A stretch of 64,000 bases of DNA from a virus (taxonomy: Duplodnaviria > Caudoviricetes): positions 160,001 to 224,000 of the IMG/VR virus record IMGVR_UViG_3300042997_002652; one strand, given 5' to 3'. The number at the start of each line of letters is the position of its first letter. The first letter of the stretch is position 1. Below the pieces are notes generated by a model. The model saw nothing but the letters and a program-made list of their open reading frames with translations. It was not told the origin of the DNA and searched no databases. Positions 55,851 to 64,000 of this stretch are shown one piece after another. The translations under genes and the position numbers were made by a program.

Positions 55851-55856
55851 TATTTA
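55851..55856 (-). promoter_or_regulatory. Putative late promoter core (TAAATA), 4 nt before ATG
   Basis: AATAAATA-CATC-ATG(55846); no SD. Confidence 0.6.
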
Positions 55857-55861
55857 TTCTT

Positions 55862-58800
55862 TTATTGTTGGTTACTTATTGCGTCTATTCTTGCTTGATA
55901 GTCTCTTTTCTTAGCAAATAGTGCATCAAGTTTTGCTTGTACTTCATCTTTTTTACGTTTAACTTCGGGATCGCCGGCTGGAGAATTTTGCTCTTCTGTT
56001 AATACAGCTATACCCTCTGTTTGTTTTACCCTTAATATTTGTATATTTACACCCTGTATCTTTTCTCTAAGATCAATTATTTCTCTGTCCACTCGTCTTA
56101 TATCAGTTAAGCTTTGTACAGCCTGTCTAGAAACTTCTCCAGTAAAAGTTGGATTAGGTATTCCTGGATCTCCTAACAATGAAACTGTTTTCTGATTGAT
56201 AGATTCTCTGTTAGTAGTGTTTACTGCAACTGATAATGTTCTAGATTTTCCTTTGCCGCCAAACAATGATTTTACAGCAGAAATAGCAGACATTGCACCA
56301 GCAATAGATCCTATCGGCAATCCTGAAAGAGATTTTGCTAGTCCACCTGATAATCCACTAGTTATACCTCCTAGTCCACCTGTTAAGCTACTAGTTATAC
56401 CTCCTAGTCCACCTGTTAAGCTACTAGTTATACCTCCTAATCCGCCTGTTAAGCTACCGGTTATACCGCCTAGTCCACCTGATAATCCGCTAGTTAAACT
56501 GCTCAAGTCACCTGGTAATTTTGGAAGAGGTAAATTATTCATTGCAGAGCTAAAAGATCCAGTGACTAATGACGATATTTGACCAGATCCGGGAATGCTA
56601 GTTAAATTTGGTAATGCTTTATCAGTAAAAGATGCAATTGATTTCAATCCACCGGGCATATTGATTATCCCGCTAGCTATATTAGTAGATTCCAAGAGTG
56701 AAGTGCCAGTGAATCCCTGTAATGCTTGAGCACCTAACGAACTAACGGGATTTAATTTACTAATAACATCTGCGCTAGCTTGCCCTACTACATTAGAAAG
56801 TGAATCAGAAACTATTTGCTGACTACTAACCGAAGTACCTAAATTAGTAGCTACTCCAGCTCTGAAAGAAGGGAATGACAAGTTTATTGCAGAAAATGTA
56901 GAGCCCACAATACCGGTATTACTTGCTATCGGGCCACTAATACTTGGTGATATAGACATCGCATTTACTGCTTGTGAAATTCCGCCGAAGCCTTCTATTG
57001 TGTTTGTTGCTTCTGTCACAGATGCGGTAGCTAAACCTATGTCTCTTAGTACAGAAGAATCAGTAGTATTTTTATTAACTACAGTTCTTACTGTAGTTAC
57101 TGTGTTACTTAAACCAGAGTTAACACCTGAAAAAACCACTCCTGCTATTTGACCTGATGTTTCTCTTCCTGTAATTACACCCGTATTAGTTAACGCTGTT
57201 TGTGATTGTCGCAGTGTTGTAACAACCGTGTTAGTTTGAGATTGTATTTGTCTAGTATAGGTACTTAAATTCTCTGCACCAGAGTTACCAGTAAACAATG
57301 TACTTGGCATAGCCTGCGTAATATTAGCCCCTGAACTTACTAATGAATTAATTAGCCTATCTGATCCCGGTTTCAAGACACCAGCACTTGCTAGTTGCGC
57401 CGGGCTTTGTGCAAATGCTCCTATCGCAGCGATTCTTGACGAACCCACATTTACTACGGATGCTCCTCGTTGTATAGCCGAAGATAGAGGTCCTGAAGCT
57501 GCTTGCTGAGCAGTAGCACCTATTAGTGCAGTAGTAGCTGAACTGTTTAAAGATTTGCTAATGGCTCCGGCAGTAGGCGAGGACAATGCAGTTGCTAGTC
57601 TTGCCGGCACAGCACCTGTTCTAAGTCCTGCTTGTACTACATTAGATAAAGCTGAACTAGGACCCTGAGGTAGTTGTGAAGAAGAACTTAGATCAACCTT
57701 TATGTCTACTCCTTGACCTGCATGAGCCCATGGCGCGTGAGCAGGTGCCCTAGATGTTACACTCATCAACTTACCAGGCGCTGCGGTAAATCCCTTTTGA
57801 TTATCAAAAAGAGTATCAGTGTGCGCTATTAAAGGAGTAGGTGCTGCATCTAAAGGAATAATAGGAGATTTACCTGTGTTTAAATTTATTAGTCCTCCGT
57901 TTATAAAAGTTAATGCAGTACTTGAGAATGAAGCTATACCGGTAGCTTGAAGACTCATTGCTCCTAAAACTTTAGTTGTAACCATTCCTAAAGCAGAAGT
58001 TATTAAGTTCATACCTATAGATTGTGTTAATGATTTATCAGTGGCTATATTCATGTTTTCTGCATGAATATTTAAATTTTTAGCCGCGTGTATATTCAAG
58101 TCATTGTCAGCGTGTAAATTTAGATCACCGTGAGTTCTTAAGTTAATGGAATTTGTAGAGTAAATGTCTACTGTACCTTCTTTACCTAATTCTATATACG
58201 ATTGTCCGTTGGAGTGTAGAACCATTAATGTTTGTCCGTCATCACTCATAAGTATTTGATGACCTTTTGCTGTTCTTATTCGGACTAACTGATCTCTACC
58301 TATAACATCACCGTCATCCATTACAATAGAATGTCCGCCGCGTCTAGATATCACTCGTAATTTTTGATCAATGTTTGTTGGGTTATTTTTTATATTTTCA
58401 GCAATTGTTTCATCATCAAAACCTCCTTCATATATAGGTCTACCGGGTGTGCTTACTCCCCATCCCACTCTACTAGAAGTTTCTCGTTGTGCGCTTGATG
58501 ATATCGGACCTCTCACTGGATCTCTTATTATACCTTGCTGTTCCATGATAGCCGCTGTATAACTATGTACTGGTTTGGTTGCAGTTATAAAACCCGGCTT
58601 GTTAGATTCAGCTTGGTTATTTGTATTCATATTTGTAGTAGGTAGTCTGGGCGCCCCTCCGTAAGTAGAACCCTCGCTATCATTATTGAATGATACATTT
58701 TCTTGTTGATCGGTAAAAGTTGCACCAATAGCAGGAACCATATGTAAAGTTTCTGGGTCCGGTACGCACCCTATGTAAAAACCATAGTTTACATCCCCGT

Positions 58801-59140
58801 TAACAAAAACACAAATTACAGTAGTTCCTATATCGGGAGGGGCGTGCCACTCACCATATGACGATGGATTGTGTTTAAAATCTCCAGAACCCTCACTACT
58901 TGAAGTTGGTCTAACACTTCCAAAAAAGTTAGTCATATATCTCACAGTTACCCAACCAGAAGAATTCTCTGGATCTAAACTGTTTAAACCGGATATGTAA
59001 ACTTTAAGCCTACCTGCCCTGACAGGGTCAATATTATCTTTTACTATACCAAACACAGGAGAAGACCTGATAAATGCTCCACCTGAGTCAGGTTTATATG
59101 CGTTCAATGTTCCTCTAGGTTTGAATACGTTTTCAGCCAT
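55862..59140 (-). CDS. Baseplate hub/central spike, T4 gp5-like, with a long C-terminal extension
   Basis: OB-fold (D....GRLKV, PPD.GT.V...F..GD), GH...MDDGD, RT..GHQ, beta-helix repeats. Confidence 0.88.
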   Translation of the reverse strand: MAENVFKPRGTLNAYKPDSGGAFIRSSPVFGIVKDNIDPVRAGRLKVYISGLNSLDPENSSGWVTVRYMTNFFGSVRPTSSSEGSGDFKHNPSSYGEWHAPPDIGTTVICVFVNGDVNYGFYIGCVPDPETLHMVPAIGATFTDQQENVSFNNDSEGSTYGGAPRLPTTNMNTNNQAESNKPGFITATKPVHSYTAAIMEQQGIIRDPVRGPISSSAQRETSSRVGWGVSTPGRPIYEGGFDDETIAENIKNNPTNIDQKLRVISRRGGHSIVMDDGDVIGRDQLVRIRTAKGHQILMSDDGQTLMVLHSNGQSYIELGKEGTVDIYSTNSINLRTHGDLNLHADNDLNIHAAKNLNIHAENMNIATDKSLTQSIGMNLITSALGMVTTKVLGAMSLQATGIASFSSTALTFINGGLINLNTGKSPIIPLDAAPTPLIAHTDTLFDNQKGFTAAPGKLMSVTSRAPAHAPWAHAGQGVDIKVDLSSSSQLPQGPSSALSNVVQAGLRTGAVPARLATALSSPTAGAISKSLNSSATTALIGATAQQAASGPLSSAIQRGASVVNVGSSRIAAIGAFAQSPAQLASAGVLKPGSDRLINSLVSSGANITQAMPSTLFTGNSGAENLSTYTRQIQSQTNTVVTTLRQSQTALTNTGVITGRETSGQIAGVVFSGVNSGLSNTVTTVRTVVNKNTTDSSVLRDIGLATASVTEATNTIEGFGGISQAVNAMSISPSISGPIASNTGIVGSTFSAINLSFPSFRAGVATNLGTSVSSQQIVSDSLSNVVGQASADVISKLNPVSSLGAQALQGFTGTSLLESTNIASGIINMPGGLKSIASFTDKALPNLTSIPGSGQISSLVTGSFSSAMNNLPLPKLPGDLSSLTSGLSGGLGGITGSLTGGLGGITSSLTGGLGGITSSLTGGLGGITSGLSGGLAKSLSGLPIGSIAGAMSAISAVKSLFGGKGKSRTLSVAVNTTNRESINQKTVSLLGDPGIPNPTFTGEVSRQAVQSLTDIRRVDREIIDLREKIQGVNIQILRVKQTEGIAVLTEEQNSPAGDPEVKRKKDEVQAKLDALFAKKRDYQARIDAISNQQ
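56341..56495. repeat. 33-bp tandem repeat, ~4.7 copies (GGLGGITSSLT)
   Basis: gtccacctgttaagctactagttatacctccta identical at 56374 and 56407; variants flank these. Confidence 0.95.
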
Positions 59141-59151
59141 TTTTTTAACCT

Positions 59152-61272
59152 TTAATCATCTGTTGTTGATGTTGTACCGAGTCTAAACGGTATTTGTATA
59201 GTAGATTCAGCAGGAACTGGATTAATTTGTGGTACTATATTAGTTACTAAGTTCTTAATAAATCCAGTATTGGACGTAGTTACATTACTGTTTGTTGTAG
59301 TGGGACCTGTTCCGGTAGTTTTAGGACCTATAGTAGAGTCAGTAAACTGGTAAGTCATTTTACATGTTAACACTTGTTTGAATACTCCTCCTGAAAAAGT
59401 ACTGTCTACGTTTACTACTTGATAACTTATTCCTTTAATATTAGCTGTTTCCGGATAGTTCCAAAATCTAATTTGATCATTAATAGAAAGAGTGCCTGTA
59501 TTGTAATTATAATCTTTTGCTTCTCTAAAATCTAATTCTATAAAAACTTGTCCGCCGTTAGCACTAATAGTAAAGTTGTTTGCTCCATAAAATTGATTGT
59601 AAACTTGATTAGGGCTATCTATTGTGTCTTCCATTAAAAAGTCCGGGTCGCCTAATATTGTTATCTTTGCCTCAGCAAAACTTTTAGGATCAGATAAATC
59701 AGTTAATACACTGTTTTCAGCAGCAAGGTTCGTATCTGTAGGGGCCCCGGTGTTATCTCCATTAACCGATTGAGTACCAAGAATACGAGGAGTTTCTGGT
59801 GCTATACCTGGACCTGAATTTTCATTTATATCCGGAAGATTATTTGGATTAAATATTATCATAAAATAATTGTTATCCAATCGCTGTTCGTATTCAAGCA
59901 CTTCAGAATTTTGACCAGTATACCAGTATTCGTATCGTTTACTAGGTCCATAATATCCTATGCCAGGATTAGCTAACGGATTAATAATAACAGGGGTATC
60001 ATACTTTTGTAGTACGTATGTTATGATATAAGCATAGTCTTTTATTTTAGGATCCCATATACCACCAGAAACACGGGCGCTTAATGTATACCAAGAAAAG
60101 CTTTTACTAGAATTTGATATAATCCTTCTGTCGCGTTTAGTTGGATCAGGTTCAAGATCGGTAGTTTGTATTTGTCTTAACGCATCTGTCAGATAACTGC
60201 TTTGTTTTATTATTTGACTTATTCCTTGCATTATAGAAATTTTTTCAAAAGTAAACTCTTTTTTAGTAGGATCATATGCTGCTCCCTGGCGTTCATTTAC
60301 CTGATTGACAGTCAGAGCACCACTACCTGATGTTCTAAGTTTCTCTATATCACTATCATTAACTATAGATGCTTTTGCTATAGGATTATCTGTTGAATTT
60401 GGTGAATCCGGAAATCCATGGTATTCTAGCCTATAAAGAGTTGGCTTTATGTCATTATTATATTCTAATCTAAGTTGCTCATTATTAAGACCGTCTATTA
60501 GTTGTTGTAACGATTCCCCTACTGTACTTGCAGAAATAGAAACAGCATTATTTATAAATCCTTTTTTTGTGCCGAATCCGGTGTTTTGATCTATAGGGCT
60601 TGCTATAATATCATAAACAGTTGCTTTTCCGTCAATTTTAAATTTTATGTTTGTAATAGTTAAAAAGTAATACCTATTAAAAAGTCTGTTACTATCATTA
60701 TTAAAATCTAGCGATACATCATCATATTGTTGATTACCCGACATTAAGTTTCCATTCTTATCATACCCTAAAAACCCAACACTTAACACAAAAGGCATTC
60801 GTGTGGGATTATTAGGAAATGAAGTAGCAACAGCAAAACTATCTCTAGCTTTTTTTAAATTGCTTATAAAAGAAAATCCATATGGTTCTATAATCTTAAA
60901 TGAAATATTAGTTACATTAGTAAATGTATGATTTGTTGCACCGGTTTTATTTTTTATTACTAAGTCATCTATATAATAATCTAGTTCAAATCCCGGTGCT
61001 GTATTAGAAGTAGTATTGTTTATGCCGCCGTTTTGTGCTACTAAGTAAGCGGTATTAGTGTCATTCAAAATAGTACCGTCTTTTGCATTAGTTGACCTAA
61101 ACAAATCCATTCCGGTTGGTGTTACTAAGTATAAGCCAATTTGATAATTATAACTAGAATAATAACCTAAAGGATTTTTAGTTCTTCTACCTGGTTTATT
61201 TTCAATATTAGGAGGTGTAACATTATAAAATCTAAATTCATCAGATGAATCATCATTTACTGTATTTGTCAT
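59152..61272 (-). CDS. Putative baseplate hub/tail protein (gp27-like position)
   Basis: NPL..YSSYNY, F.I.EPYG.SF, ITILGDP.F, GG.F.Q.L; between the gp53-like and gp5-like genes. Confidence 0.65.
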   Translation of the reverse strand: MTNTVNDDSSDEFRFYNVTPPNIENKPGRRTKNPLGYYSSYNYQIGLYLVTPTGMDLFRSTNAKDGTILNDTNTAYLVAQNGGINNTTSNTAPGFELDYYIDDLVIKNKTGATNHTFTNVTNISFKIIEPYGFSFISNLKKARDSFAVATSFPNNPTRMPFVLSVGFLGYDKNGNLMSGNQQYDDVSLDFNNDSNRLFNRYYFLTITNIKFKIDGKATVYDIIASPIDQNTGFGTKKGFINNAVSISASTVGESLQQLIDGLNNEQLRLEYNNDIKPTLYRLEYHGFPDSPNSTDNPIAKASIVNDSDIEKLRTSGSGALTVNQVNERQGAAYDPTKKEFTFEKISIMQGISQIIKQSSYLTDALRQIQTTDLEPDPTKRDRRIISNSSKSFSWYTLSARVSGGIWDPKIKDYAYIITYVLQKYDTPVIINPLANPGIGYYGPSKRYEYWYTGQNSEVLEYEQRLDNNYFMIIFNPNNLPDINENSGPGIAPETPRILGTQSVNGDNTGAPTDTNLAAENSVLTDLSDPKSFAEAKITILGDPDFLMEDTIDSPNQVYNQFYGANNFTISANGGQVFIELDFREAKDYNYNTGTLSINDQIRFWNYPETANIKGISYQVVNVDSTFSGGVFKQVLTCKMTYQFTDSTIGPKTTGTGPTTTNSNVTTSNTGFIKNLVTNIVPQINPVPAESTIQIPFRLGTTSTTDD

Positions 61273-61273
61273 C

Positions 61274-61591
61274 TTAAATGCCTAACACCTGTTTTAATGT
61301 GCTCATTTTAGGTATATAAATTGATATACCTGCAACAAAGTCAAAATATGGATCGTAACCTAGTTTGTTGGGATTGCGTTCAGCAAATACCCACCATAAT
61401 CTAGAATCACTATATAAGTCATAGGCTAGCATATCAGGCCTAAATTCATAAACTTGAGGTATAATATATAATACATCAGAAGCTAACTTAGGTATAGGTC
61501 TGTACCTCAATGTATCTAGATACTTATCATCATTAATATCTGTCAGATAATAAGGACTTGTTGCAGGATATATACTATTTGACATTACCAT
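61274..61591 (-). CDS. Baseplate wedge protein, gp53-like/LysM-related
   Basis: YEFRPDMLAYDLYSDSRLWWVFA.RN, G..IYIP. Confidence 0.85.
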   Translation of the reverse strand: MVMSNSIYPATSPYYLTDINDDKYLDTLRYRPIPKLASDVLYIIPQVYEFRPDMLAYDLYSDSRLWWVFAERNPNKLGYDPYFDFVAGISIYIPKMSTLKQVLGI

Positions 61592-62478
61592 ATACCTTTT
61601 GTAGTTAAACTACCGTTAGCATATTGTTCTAAACTAAATTTGTCTCTGATGTCATTTCTAGAAACAACTGGATATGCTGTTAACTGTATTTGTATCTGTG
61701 TAGGAACATATGTTGCGTCAGTAAATTTACCCGGTCTCGGCGGAGAGAATACTGTAGGTGGTGCTTCTCCGCCGGGCAATAAAGTTAACCCTAGTCTGGC
61801 TATTCGCTGTATTATTGTGGGCTCTTTTGCTTGTGTTCCTTCTTGAGCACCGGTTGGTGGCTCGTTATTTGGAACCGGGGACGGAGACTCAAGTTGCGCC
61901 CTTATATAATCTACTTTATCAGGTAGACTATAGTTAAAACTAGTAATTACTATAGGATGATTATTGAACTGATAAGTGCCTAACCCTGATAGAAAACACA
62001 ACGGGGGAGGAGTACCGTTCACTGGCATTTGATCTCGACCATAAAACATTTTAGTAACTGATTTAAAAAAGTGTATAACTGCTAACATATAGTTGGCTTC
62101 TTCAGTATCTTGCGCTGTAAAGGTAGCAGTTATTGAAATTTGATCTACACTACTGTTTCTGTACTGATAAATTTTATAATTAGAATGAACAGGTTCTGTA
62201 GGTTCATAGTTTGCAGCATAACTTACCTGAATTTGTGGTGTGTAAGGGAATATCACACCTTTAGTGCCGTTAAGGGGTTTAAGTATACCTGGCTTTGATG
62301 CTTTATATAAATATGTTGCATCCGGCGCTAGGCTTAGTCGCACTCTCCAGTCATTCTGCGCCTGTTCAAATTGATTGTTAGTTGCAGATTCTTGTGTGCG
62401 AGTTATATCCCCAGGCAAGCCGGCAAGCTTGCCAAGACCTTTTCTTATTAGACTTTGTGTAAACGGACTTATTGCCAT
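61585..62478 (-). CDS. Tail-tube initiator/baseplate cap-like protein (gp48/gp54-like)
   Basis: GVIFPYTP.I...Y.A.Y, FTAQ, GTPPP...L.G.G..QF...P.VI.SF...LP..VDYI. Confidence 0.7.
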   Translation of the reverse strand: MAISPFTQSLIRKGLGKLAGLPGDITRTQESATNNQFEQAQNDWRVRLSLAPDATYLYKASKPGILKPLNGTKGVIFPYTPQIQVSYAANYEPTEPVHSNYKIYQYRNSSVDQISITATFTAQDTEEANYMLAVIHFFKSVTKMFYGRDQMPVNGTPPPLCFLSGLGTYQFNNHPIVITSFNYSLPDKVDYIRAQLESPSPVPNNEPPTGAQEGTQAKEPTIIQRIARLGLTLLPGGEAPPTVFSPPRPGKFTDATYVPTQIQIQLTAYPVVSRNDIRDKFSLEQYANGSLTTKGIW

Positions 62479-62490
62479 TGATTAATTCCT

Positions 62491-62521
62491 ATGATAAATA
62501 GTATCTCATTGTATTTATCAT
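62491..62521. promoter_or_regulatory. Two opposed ATGATAAATA motifs (+ at 62491-62500, - at 62521-62512)
   Basis: Identical 10-mers in face-to-face orientation at the strand switch. Confidence 0.65.
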
Positions 62522-62551
62522 TCAAAAAATCGCCAAATTTTCCCTTTGTAC

Positions 62552-62580
62552 TTGATATAAGTGCATGATTTGTATATAGT
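62552..62580 (+). promoter_or_regulatory. Sigma70-type promoter TTGATA-N17-TATAGT for the sigma-factor gene
   Basis: Consensus-like hexamers with 17-nt spacing; GAGG SD before ATG 62609. Confidence 0.65.
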
Positions 62581-62608
62581 TTAACTTCTACAATTACTAA
62601 GAGGTATT

Positions 62609-63514
62609 ATGATTACAACTATAACAGCTACACCAAAGAAAGTTAATTATTTAAATAACAAAGATATTTTAAAACAAATACACGAAAGCAAAACATCATA
62701 TTGCGCATTTACAAACAAAGACTATCATAGATATGATTTGATTATTGACAAACCCACAGAAAGCATAGAACAAAGTTTAGATCATGCTTATTTACCTGAA
62801 CAAATTCAACAAGCAAAAGAAGTTAGAGCAGCAAGACTATCACATGAGCTAGGTGAAAAGATTCTTCCTGAAAGTATACAACAAACTGATCTCGTATTTA
62901 GAGTTATGACTTGGGATCATATTCCTGTTGCAGTTAAACAACCTAGAAAAACAGTAGTAAAAAAATCAGCCAAAGACTTAATTTTGTTTGACGATCATGA
63001 AGGTTTAGACGCTTTTGCTGACTTAGAAGATCCGGTAACAAAAGTTGAAGTAGACGATATGGTACATGTAAAGGTAAACTTTCCCCCATTTCAGCATTTT
63101 AAATTAGATGAAAACAACAGCTTTATATGCGTGGGCAAGTCGCATTGGAAAGGTGACTTACAAACCGGAGAGTTTTCCAAAGAGCACGGAAAGATTACTG
63201 ACAAGTTAGCTAGAATGTATATTATGCTTTGCGAAAAGTATGCTATGAAGTTTAACTGGCGCGGATATACTTATAATGATGAAATGCGTGGTGCAGCCAT
63301 TTTACAACTAACTTATGTTGGCTTAAGATTCAATGAAGCGAAATCAGCTAATCCATTTGCTTATTACACTGCTGCTATTACCAATTCTTTTTGTAGAGTT
63401 TTAAATACCGAAAAACGAGTACAACACATTAGAGATGATATATTAGAAGCTAATGGGTTAGCCCCAAGTTGGACTAGACAGGGTGAAAACTCTGATAAAG
63501 ATTATCAAGGGTAA
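62609..63514 (+). CDS. Late-transcription sigma factor, T4 gp55-like
   Basis: NYLNNKD, NWRGYTYNDEM..AAI, F...KS.NPFAYYT.....SF.R....EK. Confidence 0.88.
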   Translation: MITTITATPKKVNYLNNKDILKQIHESKTSYCAFTNKDYHRYDLIIDKPTESIEQSLDHAYLPEQIQQAKEVRAARLSHELGEKILPESIQQTDLVFRVMTWDHIPVAVKQPRKTVVKKSAKDLILFDDHEGLDAFADLEDPVTKVEVDDMVHVKVNFPPFQHFKLDENNSFICVGKSHWKGDLQTGEFSKEHGKITDKLARMYIMLCEKYAMKFNWRGYTYNDEMRGAAILQLTYVGLRFNEAKSANPFAYYTAAITNSFCRVLNTEKRVQHIRDDILEANGLAPSWTRQGENSDKDYQG

Positions 63515-63528
63515 TATTACCTTTCTAG

Positions 63529-63557
63529 TTGATCTCTTTCTATTAACATACTATACT
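63529..63557 (+). promoter_or_regulatory. Sigma70-type promoter TTGATC-N17-TATACT, ending 7 nt before ATG
   Basis: -35 at 63529-63534, -10 at 63552-63557, ATG at 63565, no SD. Confidence 0.6.
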
Positions 63558-63564
63558 ACGGTTT

Positions 63565-64000
63565 ATGACTAATAATTTATTTAAAAAAGCAGCAGTTTTT
63601 ACCGATATTCACTTTGGAAATAAGAGCAACAGCACAATTCACAATCAAGATTGTTTAGACTTTGTTGAATGGTTCATTCAAAAAGCTAAGCAAGAGGGTT
63701 GTGAAACTTGTTTTTTCTTGGGTGATTGGAATCATCATAGAGCAAGTATCAACATTCAAACGCTACAGTTTGGCTTAAAAGCATTAGAGAAAATGAACGA
63801 TGCGTTTGAAAAAGTCTACTTTATTCCAGGCAACCACGATTTATACTACAGAGATCGTAGAGATATTAGCTCAGTAGAATGGGCTAAACATCTACCCAAT
63901 ATTATAATTGTTAACGATTGGTTCAAGCATGAAGATGTTGTTATTGCTCCTTGGTTGATCGGAGATGACTTTAAAAAGCTTTCTAAAATGAAGGGCAAGT
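63565..64000 (+). CDS. Recombination endonuclease, T4 gp47/SbcD/Mre11-like; runs off the window edge
   Basis: Hand translation MTNNLFKKAAVFTDIHFG...FLGDW...PGNHD: calcineurin-like phosphoesterase motifs. Confidence 0.93.
   Translation, partial: MTNNLFKKAAVFTDIHFGNKSNSTIHNQDCLDFVEWFIQKAKQEGCETCFFLGDWNHHRASINIQTLQFGLKALEKMNDAFEKVYFIPGNHDLYYRDRRDISSVEWAKHLPNIIIVNDWFKHEDVVIAPWLIGDDFKKLSKMKGK

Noticed and set aside
10160-58562. Numerous short plus-strand ORFs within the minus-strand operons
   Set aside because: They lie fully antisense to long genes, lack SD or motifs, and are expected shadows (some simply mirror the repeats)
1-64000. Alternative genetic code (stop-codon recoding)
   Set aside because: Code 11 gives dense, long ORFs (up to 6265 aa), and TAA, TAG and TGA all occur as ends, with coupled TGA/TAA overlaps

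Overview
The window is 64 kb of an AT-rich, T4-like (jumbo-type) myovirus genome. From 1 to about 62.5 kb everything is on the minus strand: thyA/DHFR and hypotheticals; an early region with sigma70 promoters, twin IHF sites and a MoxR-AAA/VWA-peptidase pair; an APS-kinase-like gene and a Pol-beta nucleotidyltransferase; a circularly permuted (two-piece) tmRNA gene overlapped by a tiny BFD-like ferredoxin ORF; a ~20 kb glycosylation/sugar-modification operon; and a tail/baseplate module that includes a 6265-aa multi-domain protein. The strand switches at about 62.5 kb to a gp55-like late sigma factor and a truncated gp47/SbcD nuclease. Highlights: (1) the phage-borne permuted tmRNA (tag ANDEFALEDIRLAA), whose precursor stem is copied in an upstream leader hairpin; (2) a TAAATA late-promoter motif 4-5 nt before ATG, suggesting leaderless late mRNAs; (3) the late glyco-island, with a low-GC kinase/epimerase/reductase/phosphatase/nucleotidyltransferase cassette and a protein built from amplified glycosyltransferase sub-domains; (4) an A_AAA_AAG site that fuses two genes. 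All family calls come from motif recognition by eye; no database search was run.
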